Source: Candidatus Woesearchaeota archaeon
GTDB taxonomy: Archaea > Nanobdellota > Nanobdellia > Woesearchaeales > B72-G16
Assembly: GCA_003650545.1 (NCBI GenBank)
Contig: QMQO01000002.1
Span: 16,485-80,484, forward strand
DNA: 64,000 nt
Reading direction: 5' to 3'
The notes beneath the pieces were generated by a model, which was not told the origin of the DNA, did no database searches, and was given only the letters and a program-made list of their open reading frames with translations. Both the position numbers and the translations under genes were made by a program. Every line of letters starts with the position of its first letter. The stretch's first letter is position 1. This document shows positions 56,897 to 64,000 of this stretch, piece after piece.

Positions 56897-59800
56897 CAAT
56901 AGATAATAATTTAAGAAGAAAATTTGTAAAACATGTTTACAAAAAATTAAAGGAAAGATTAAGCGGTTCGGGTTGCGATAGAGTTTATGGGGATAAACCG
57001 CAAATCAAATTTTTTGTTGGATCATTGTGCAGTCAAGATCCGAAGAGTTCTTTAGGCAGCATAAGAACAAAAGTTGCGCCCGTTAGAATGGGAGTGGAGT
57101 TTCTTTTAAACAAAGACGATGTGGCAAATGCAACTTTGAAGATTAAACCAAAAGCATCCGTCTTTTTTAAAGTGATCCCCGATTATGAAGAACAACTTGA
57201 AGCAGCTGTAAAAAAGAGCAAACTTTCAAGAGAAGAATTCATTAAAGAAGTAGAGAAACAAAAAAAATTAGCTGAAGAAGGCAAAGAAGATATAAACTTA
57301 GGCATCAAACCGCTTACAGTTTTCAAAAAGCATAAAATAAAAGATGCTTTGTTGACTTGCAAAATTTCTGAAGTTGTAGAAAAAGATTTTGAGGGAGAAT
57401 TTGAACTTCCTGGCGTGAAAGAACTTGTAGAAGACGCGCACAATGCTTACAAATCAGAGGAAAGATTATACCGTCCGAAAAAAAGAAAAAAAGATGAGAT
57501 GGAATCTAAAATACCTCTTTCTGTTCTCTCATCTGAAGAAGATTATTACAAATTCATGAGCGAATGGGGAGAAAAAGATGTTTATCCTTCATGGGATTTC
57601 AAAGTTGTTGTAAAAACAACAGAGTTTAATGACTCTCAAATAAAAGTGAGCGTTCTATTCGAAAATACTTGCGTAGCAAAGGAAAATGATCATATTGACA
57701 ATTTTCTCTTTGACACGCATCTTGACGTTGAAGTGGAGGGTGCTGACATCCAGAATTTTATAATCGATTATCTTAATGATCATTACAAATACAATGGAGA
57801 TATGGGCGCCAGCGGAATAAATTGCGAAGCCAAAAGAACAGGCAACAAAATCGTAACGGAACACATGCCTTTTTTTGAACAACTCAGGCTTAAAACTAAT
57901 GACAGATTAAAAGCAAAGTTTGAAGATTTAGCCTCAGACAGAGCTGTTGAAGTGCTGGAAAAAATAGCAAAAGAAATGAGGAGATATCTTGAAGAAGAAT
58001 ACAAACGTTTTGGAAAAGAAGCTGTTTTCAAATCAGAGATAGGCAAGAAAAGATTTGAGGAAGATATGAATGCTTTTGAAGATGAGATAAAGAGATTCGA
58101 GTATGGAATTGAAATTCTCAAAAAATATCCTTTAGCCATGAAAGCATTTAAAAAAATGAATTTGAGTTTTTTAAATTCTAGCAAGAGCAAAGCGTCTGAC
58201 AAGAAATATGATTCATGGAGAATATTTCAAATAATCTTTATCGTAATGAATGTGCCCGATGTCGTTTCAACCGAATATCCTGAGGTCAAATCAAATTTTG
58301 AAAGAGTTGAAGTCCTTTATTTTCCAACAGGCGGAGGAAAAACAGAAACCTATCTTGGGCTTGCAATATTCACTTTATTCTTTGATAGATTAAGAGGCAA
58401 GAAATTTGGCGTGTCAGTTATGACAAAATTTCCACTTAGGCTTCTTTCTCTTCAACAAATTCAAAGAATAGCGAATATCTTAGCGCAAGCAGAACTTATT
58501 AGGAGAGAAGATCCGGAAACAAACAGTGAGGGTTCTGAAGAATTCTCACTAGGATACTTTGTTGGAGATAGAAACACGCCTAATAAACTCATGAGCAAAG
58601 GAACAATATTCGGCGGGCAAGATAAGGATCTTCTTACTCCGATAGTAACTGAAAGAAATCAGATTCTAAAAGGAGAACTTAAATTAGATGATGAGAATTT
58701 AGAAGGTAGAAAATACCTCATTATCTCAAAATGTCCCTTTTGCGGAAGTAAAGAGATAATGATTGATGCAGATGTTGAAAAGATAAGGCTAATGCATAGG
58801 TGTATGAATAAAGAATGCCAAGAAGATGTTTTGCCAATTTACGTCTCTGATATGGAAATTTACAGATATCTCCCTTCTTTCATTATTTCAACTTTGGACA
58901 AGATCGCCATATGCGGGCTTCAGAAGAACTTTAGAAATCTATTCGGACAAGTAACCCATAAATGCCCTCTCCACGGATACAGCAATTCTTCTGAGTGCAC
59001 TGAAAAATGGTTATGCAAAGCAGACAAAGAGAAATTTGAAAAAGTAACACCTTATGATCCTGTTCCAACGCTCCAAATACAAGACGAAATGCATTTAGTA
59101 AGAGAGTCCTTAGGAACTTTTAACTCTCATTATGAAAGCTTTTTAGAACACTATGAGAAAATGCTTACTAAAGGGAAACGCAGCATGAAAATACTAACCG
59201 CAACTGCAACTATATCCGAATATAAGATGCAAACAGATCATCTATATGCTAAAGATGCGTGCCAGTATCCTTCTCAAGGACCAAAGATCTCTGAGTCTTT
59301 TTATGCTTCTGTGGACAATGATGATTTAAATAGACTCATAATAGGGATAACTCCTCACTTCAAAACGATGATATTTTCTGTTCTTGACGTAATCGAAACA
59401 TATCATGAGTTGATTCAAAGATGGCATTCCAATCCTCAAGAATTAATTGCTGAGTTAGGCGTAGAAGTAACTAATGAAGAAATTAAGGAAATGCTAAAAG
59501 ACTATATGATAAAATTATCTTATCATCTTGCAAAAAGCGACGGAGATAGCATATCAAACTCAATAAGGACTATGACAAATAGGTCTTTGAGAGAAAAAGG
59601 GATACCAGAAATAAAACAAAGCCCGCTTACGGGGGACGTATCCTTCAATGATGTGAGGATAGTCCTTGATAAAATTGAGAATCCTAAAACAGAGGAAGAC
59701 ATGGTTGATTTAATTATTGCCACTAGCATGATATCTCACGGGGTGGATATCGACGCCCTAAACTTCATGGTATTCATGGGAATGCCTCATAATACTGCAG

Positions 59801-60408
59801 AATACATCCAAGCTAGCAGTAGAGTAGGAAGGAAATACCCTGGCATTGCAATTGTAATATTTAACCCGACCAGAGAAAGAGATCAAAGTTATTTCAAATT
59901 TTTTACAAAATTCCATGAATATAAAGATTTGCTAGTGGAAGCAGTTCCGATTAACAGGTGGGCTAAATTTAGCATAAACAGAACTGTGCCGGGCATATTT
60001 AGCGCCTCAGTTTTAAATTATTTTGATGCCATTGCAAGCCCCCAACTAAAAGGCAAATCTTTAAACATGAGCAAGGTTTTTGAAAAGGCCATTGATGAAG
60101 GAATTATCAATGAAGAGGAAATAAAGCAGTTTCTTCTTGAAAGTTACAAAGTGAACAAGGATACTATTGGATTTGGTTTTGATAAAGTTATAGAGGATAA
60201 AACAGAAACATATATCCATGAGATTACTCAAACTTTAGGAAACGAGTTTATTACAAGACCCATGTCCGATAAACCTATGACAAGTCTGAGAGATGTTGAC
60301 ACGCTCATAGACATTAATCTGTCACCCGACGGGATGATGATTTTGAAGAACATAAAAGCAAGCAGAACTCCTGTCTTTGATGAAGAAGAAAATGAGGAGG
60401 ATGAATAA
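56893..60408 (+). CDS. DISARM DrmA-like SF2 helicase
   Basis: WRIFQI.FI, FPTGGGKTE.YLG, PLRLLS.QQ, QDEMHL, TAT, ATSMISHGVD, EYIQASSRVGR, RERD.S. Confidence 0.85.
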   Translation: MTIDNNLRRKFVKHVYKKLKERLSGSGCDRVYGDKPQIKFFVGSLCSQDPKSSLGSIRTKVAPVRMGVEFLLNKDDVANATLKIKPKASVFFKVIPDYEEQLEAAVKKSKLSREEFIKEVEKQKKLAEEGKEDINLGIKPLTVFKKHKIKDALLTCKISEVVEKDFEGEFELPGVKELVEDAHNAYKSEERLYRPKKRKKDEMESKIPLSVLSSEEDYYKFMSEWGEKDVYPSWDFKVVVKTTEFNDSQIKVSVLFENTCVAKENDHIDNFLFDTHLDVEVEGADIQNFIIDYLNDHYKYNGDMGASGINCEAKRTGNKIVTEHMPFFEQLRLKTNDRLKAKFEDLASDRAVEVLEKIAKEMRRYLEEEYKRFGKEAVFKSEIGKKRFEEDMNAFEDEIKRFEYGIEILKKYPLAMKAFKKMNLSFLNSSKSKASDKKYDSWRIFQIIFIVMNVPDVVSTEYPEVKSNFERVEVLYFPTGGGKTETYLGLAIFTLFFDRLRGKKFGVSVMTKFPLRLLSLQQIQRIANILAQAELIRREDPETNSEGSEEFSLGYFVGDRNTPNKLMSKGTIFGGQDKDLLTPIVTERNQILKGELKLDDENLEGRKYLIISKCPFCGSKEIMIDADVEKIRLMHRCMNKECQEDVLPIYVSDMEIYRYLPSFIISTLDKIAICGLQKNFRNLFGQVTHKCPLHGYSNSSECTEKWLCKADKEKFEKVTPYDPVPTLQIQDEMHLVRESLGTFNSHYESFLEHYEKMLTKGKRSMKILTATATISEYKMQTDHLYAKDACQYPSQGPKISESFYASVDNDDLNRLIIGITPHFKTMIFSVLDVIETYHELIQRWHSNPQELIAELGVEVTNEEIKEMLKDYMIKLSYHLAKSDGDSISNSIRTMTNRSLREKGIPEIKQSPLTGDVSFNDVRIVLDKIENPKTEEDMVDLIIATSMISHGVDIDALNFMVFMGMPHNTAEYIQASSRVGRKYPGIAIVIFNPTRERDQSYFKFFTKFHEYKDLLVEAVPINRWAKFSINRTVPGIFSASVLNYFDAIASPQLKGKSLNMSKVFEKAIDEGIINEEEIKQFLLESYKVNKDTIGFGFDKVIEDKTETYIHEITQTLGNEFITRPMSDKPMTSLRDVDTLIDINLSPDGMMILKNIKASRTPVFDEEENEEDE

Positions 60409-60409
60409 G

Positions 60410-62287
60410 ATGATGAGAAGAGGTAAAAATCAAGTTCTTTTTAAATTTCTTCCAGGAAAACCCATAGATTATAATCAAGGGAATGCAATTGCTCTGGTTG
60501 AGAGGTGGTTCAGTCATAAAGTTGATGATGTTAATAAAACAAGGATCATAAAGGAAGTCTATAATGCTATAAGATCATTTAAGTCAAAAAGAGGATATCC
60601 TAGAATTGCAAGTCCAGATTCCTTTGAATTGTTATCTCCTGTATTTGTAGAAGCCGAGTTATTCCCATTGACTTTTATTTGCGATTCATGTAGCAGAGCT
60701 TACAGTTTTGGTTCTGTGCAACAACTTAACAGAGTGTTAAGAAAACACAAATGTATTTCTTGCGGTGGGAAATTAACGCAAATGGATCTGGTATATACCC
60801 ATGAATGCGGGCATTTATGGGCTCCGAAAATTGCGCCATGCAAAGAACACGGATTTGAAAAAATCATTCTTAATAAACATGGCAGTAATTCTCCAAAAGA
60901 TTGGCGTTGGGAGTGCGGAATATGCAAGAGGGAAACATCCTCCTTAAACAGTTGGTGCCCTGCTTGCAAAGGAACATCAAATTCTCAAATTTGCTATCCA
61001 AAACCATTCAGGCAAACAAGCGTTTTCACACCGCATTCATTAACTCTTGTCAATCTTCAAAATTTGAATGAAGATAGGATTTACGAAGATGATATCTTCA
61101 AAAAGTTGATATTAGCCAAATACATGGATTTGTTTAAGAAGCATAATTCAACTTTTCAAGAATGTTTAGATGTTTCTCCGAAAGACGATAATAAGCTTGA
61201 TCAATTGATTAAGGAGCTCAAAGCGAAAAATATGTCCGAAGAGATGATAAATCAAGTTCTGGAATCAATGAACAAGGTTAATCCGAACAAGAAAGGCGTT
61301 AGGGATGCTATAATCAAAGAGGTTGAAACATTGATTTCACCTCCAGAAGGAGATATGTCTGGTGTAGCCTTAAAAGCATATGAATTTATGGAGACTTTAG
61401 ATTCTTCTGCTTCAGTTCATATAAAAAGGATTGTAGAAAGTTCAGAGAGAAAGAACCATCCTAAAATAGAACAAATAAGAAAATTTCCTAAAAAATTAGA
61501 AGAAATCGGAATTAAAAATGCATATGTGCTTAATGATCTCTCCATAGTTAAGTTAGTCTACGGTTACACAAGGGGCGCTCCTGACAATAAATCAAATGAG
61601 GATAAAAGGACTTTGAATAGATTTGCTACTGATAAATCAACTGACCAAGGAAAAACCCCCATTTATCTTAATAAAGCAAATACTGAAGCGATTTTATTAG
61701 AATTTGATAGATGGAAGATTCTGACCTGGTTAAAAGAAAATGGTGTGATAGATGAGGTCCCTTCTAAAGATGATGAAGCGGCATTAAAGGCTTGGTTTCT
61801 GAACAATGTGCAAACAGACAGAATCTCTCCTTTTAGAGAGATTGATCCGCAACTTAAAAAAACAAAAATGGTATATAAACTTCTGCATTCTATAAGTCAT
61901 GCTCTATTGACGACTTGTTCTGTTGAGTGCGGAATGGATAAAAATTCTCTGGCAGAACTTATCTTCCCATCCATTCCTGCGATAATCATTTATTGTAGCA
62001 ACGTTCAAGAGTTCCAAATCGGCGGGATGTTCACTTTATTTGAGAATAATATAATCCCATGGGTTGAGAAAACACTCACCAAAGTTGGAAGTTGTATATA
62101 TGATCCTGTTTGCATGGATCATCAATCAGCTTGCCATGCTTGTTTGCATTTAAGCGAGATTTCTTGCGTACATTTCAATTATGATCTTGGAAGGGATATT
62201 TTAATTGGAAAGAAAAATAGCAATGAAGAAATAATCGGTTTTTGGAGTAAAAAATTCCTTAGAAAGGTCAATGTTGAAAATGGTTGA
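60410..62287 (+). CDS. DISARM DrmB-like protein (DUF1998/MZB)
   Basis: CxxC clusters, LLHS.SH.L, C..DP.C.....ACHAC..LSE.SC..FN..L.R. Confidence 0.85.
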   Translation: MMRRGKNQVLFKFLPGKPIDYNQGNAIALVERWFSHKVDDVNKTRIIKEVYNAIRSFKSKRGYPRIASPDSFELLSPVFVEAELFPLTFICDSCSRAYSFGSVQQLNRVLRKHKCISCGGKLTQMDLVYTHECGHLWAPKIAPCKEHGFEKIILNKHGSNSPKDWRWECGICKRETSSLNSWCPACKGTSNSQICYPKPFRQTSVFTPHSLTLVNLQNLNEDRIYEDDIFKKLILAKYMDLFKKHNSTFQECLDVSPKDDNKLDQLIKELKAKNMSEEMINQVLESMNKVNPNKKGVRDAIIKEVETLISPPEGDMSGVALKAYEFMETLDSSASVHIKRIVESSERKNHPKIEQIRKFPKKLEEIGIKNAYVLNDLSIVKLVYGYTRGAPDNKSNEDKRTLNRFATDKSTDQGKTPIYLNKANTEAILLEFDRWKILTWLKENGVIDEVPSKDDEAALKAWFLNNVQTDRISPFREIDPQLKKTKMVYKLLHSISHALLTTCSVECGMDKNSLAELIFPSIPAIIIYCSNVQEFQIGGMFTLFENNIIPWVEKTLTKVGSCIYDPVCMDHQSACHACLHLSEISCVHFNYDLGRDILIGKKNSNEEIIGFWSKKFLRKVNVENG

Positions 62288-62684
62288 TGTATTCAGCAAA
62301 GAGAAAAGAAGCTGGATTATGTCCAGAATAAGATCGAAAAACAGTAAATTAGAAGTGTCTTTCAGAAAAATTCTTTGGCGTGAAGGCTTTCGATACAGAG
62401 TTCATTATAAGAAGCTGCCTGGCAAACCAGATATCGTTTTTACAAAACAAAAAGTCGCTGTCTTCATCGATAGTCATTTTTGGCATGGTTACGACTGGGA
62501 AAAGAAAAAGAAAAAACTAAAAAGCGAATATTGGCAATGGAAAATTCCATACAATATGGAACGTGACAAGAGGGTTAATAAAGAATTAAAAAAAATGGGC
62601 TGGAAAGTCTTGAGGTTCTGGGAGCATGAAATCAAAAAAAATCCTTACGCATGCATAGATAAGATTAGGAAAGCTCTTCTCTAA
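62280..62684 (+). CDS. vsr: Very short patch repair endonuclease
   Basis: D......RS..MSRIRSKN...E, LPGKPD, FWHG, N.ERD, GW.VLR.WE. Confidence 0.93.
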   Translation: MVDVFSKEKRSWIMSRIRSKNSKLEVSFRKILWREGFRYRVHYKKLPGKPDIVFTKQKVAVFIDSHFWHGYDWEKKKKKLKSEYWQWKIPYNMERDKRVNKELKKMGWKVLRFWEHEIKKNPYACIDKIRKALL

Positions 62685-63801
62685 TTTTATCTAACATAGA
62701 TTTGTTTAATCTCCCATGAGATATTAGCCTAAGTTCTCTTAAGAAATTTATTATATCCATTCCGCTAATCAATTTAATTGGATAACTGTCTTCAAATAAC
62801 TCTTCTTGTGCTTGTATTGAAAAATATGATGTTGTAATAAATAACCCATACTCCCCCCTATTCAGCTTGGCAGCTAATCTTGAGAGGTCTTTCGGACCGA
62901 CAGCGTTATTAGGTCCGAATTTTTTGGCTTCGCCTTTAAAGAATATTGTATAATTTAGAGGATAAGGCAGTGTGAAATGGCCAAAAAAGTCGAATCCTTT
63001 ATCTTTTACAAATCGAGTATTCATAATAGAATGTTTTATCCCTTTTATGCTTTCAATGAGATAAACTGTAAACCTTTCGAACTCTTTGGGTTTTAACCTA
63101 TGAATCTCTTCCAGAATTTTATACTCTGAAGAATTCTTAGCAGGAAGCTGTTCTTCTTTTGATTTAATATTCTTTCTCCATACTTTCAAATAAGCTGGTT
63201 TTTTCCCAGAAGTATAATCATTCCAGATTTTAGGAGGCGTATATTTCTCTCCTTTGACTTTTTTATGAATCCAATCTAAATCTACTGAATCAATGTCTAA
63301 TATTTGAAGAACGGCTCTATAATTTCTCACTGGTTTGCCTTTATCTTCAAACCAGGTTCGTTCAAGATTCTCCATAACGCATAAGCCTTCAAATATAATC
63401 TTCCCTCTTTCAGGTTTTGAGAAAAACAATATTGGAGGAATTTCTTTTAAGTTTCCTTCTAAAATCTTATCATGAACTTTTTTCAATATTTTGTTTCCCA
63501 TGAAGTCTTCGCATTTGCGTTTTTGATCGGCTTTTGCATCACCCCAATAATAAATAACTCCGTTGTTTCTATCTATCACGTCTTCCCAAGGATTATGATA
63601 AGAACTCGAAGCTGTTTTTGTAATCAAAATCAGTGCGGCTGGCAATTCTTTTTTATCTTTATAACGCAACCACCTAATCCCTGGTGAATTCATCATTCCA
63701 GAAACTCCAGGTATATTAATCCAGCGCATAAACTGATCTTCTTCAAAGTTGGGGTTGCCTTTGTCTACATATTCTTTTCCAATCTCAAAAATACGCTTCA
63801 T
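62665..63801 (-). CDS. MspJI/AspBHI-like restriction endonuclease (SRA-like plus Mrr-catalytic domain)
   Basis: NPWED.ID...G...YWGD.K, GN, PPILFF, F.GL. C-terminal FE, D.GFDF.G, EAK, SRL.A.L.RG..G..ITTS.FS.QAQ.E...D.YP. Confidence 0.78.
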   Translation of the reverse strand: MKRIFEIGKEYVDKGNPNFEEDQFMRWINIPGVSGMMNSPGIRWLRYKDKKELPAALILITKTASSSYHNPWEDVIDRNNGVIYYWGDAKADQKRKCEDFMGNKILKKVHDKILEGNLKEIPPILFFSKPERGKIIFEGLCVMENLERTWFEDKGKPVRNYRAVLQILDIDSVDLDWIHKKVKGEKYTPPKIWNDYTSGKKPAYLKVWRKNIKSKEEQLPAKNSSEYKILEEIHRLKPKEFERFTVYLIESIKGIKHSIMNTRFVKDKGFDFFGHFTLPYPLNYTIFFKGEAKKFGPNNAVGPKDLSRLAAKLNRGEYGLFITTSYFSIQAQEELFEDSYPIKLISGMDIINFLRELRLISHGRLNKSMLDKIREELS

Positions 63802-63810
63802 GATCCTGGA

Positions 63811-63999
63811 TTAATAATATTCTTTTAATATATGCTTTGCTATCCTTTCTGCTAATGCTGGAGGGACCGCATTCGCAATTTGCTGCGATACTGCTTCTAA
63901 TGTTCCTTCAAACACAAAATTATGAGGGAAAGTATGCAATGTAGCCTTCTCTCTGTTCGTAAGATATCTGTCTTCATCGGGATGGATGATATAATTATT
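63811..63999 (-). CDS. DNA cytosine-C5 methyltransferase, C-terminal part (continues beyond the window)
   Basis: Translated by hand: IHPDEDRYLTNREKATLHTFP (motif IX) and QIANAVPP (motif X). Confidence 0.88.
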   Translation of the reverse strand, partial: NNYIIHPDEDRYLTNREKATLHTFPHNFVFEGTLEAVSQQIANAVPPALAERIAKHILKEYY

Positions 64000-64000
64000 T

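Overview
Archaeal DNA, probably from a DPANN/Woesearchaeales-like host (inferred from dph5, Dph6, Cdc6, MCM, TATA-box promoters and low GC). It has four zones. (1) 1-5670: host genes, namely a Pro/Glu-repeat protein, dph5, an NFACT-R protein and an AsnB-Dph6 fusion. (2) 5734-~19800: an unusual integron-like locus. A short IntI-like tyrosine recombinase lacking the IntI-specific insertion is transcribed away from an attI-like site at 7051. Five cassette units follow, separated by four branched attC-like sites with consensus TAAC-A-[11-bp arm]-hairpin-CCAAAT-hairpin-ACTT-[11-bp arm]-ATAT-GTTA. The two ends of each intact cassette are complementary through 3-6 nested helices, up to about 7.5 kb apart. 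The sites are rich in bottom-strand GNA-triloop DNA hairpins, and most cargo genes are inverted and carry their own promoters. Cargo is an SDR plus regulator, a type III R-M operon with a peptidase, a nucleotidyltransferase, a deletion-fused cassette pair and a Tat lipoprotein phosphoesterase. (3) ~19800-52757: a near-complete tailed (sipho-like, HK97-fold) provirus that starts where the last cassette's right end should be. It encodes MCM, primase, a stand-alone GINS B-domain, Cdc6, two capsid paralogues and a frameshifted tail chaperone, with no integrase in view. (4) 52754-64000: a defence island with a RecB-like nuclease, a CARF-like/wHTH regulator, class II DISARM-like drmE-drmA-drmB, Vsr, an MspJI/AspBHI-like endonuclease and a partial C5 methyltransferase. 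All calls come from reading motifs by eye; no database searches were run.
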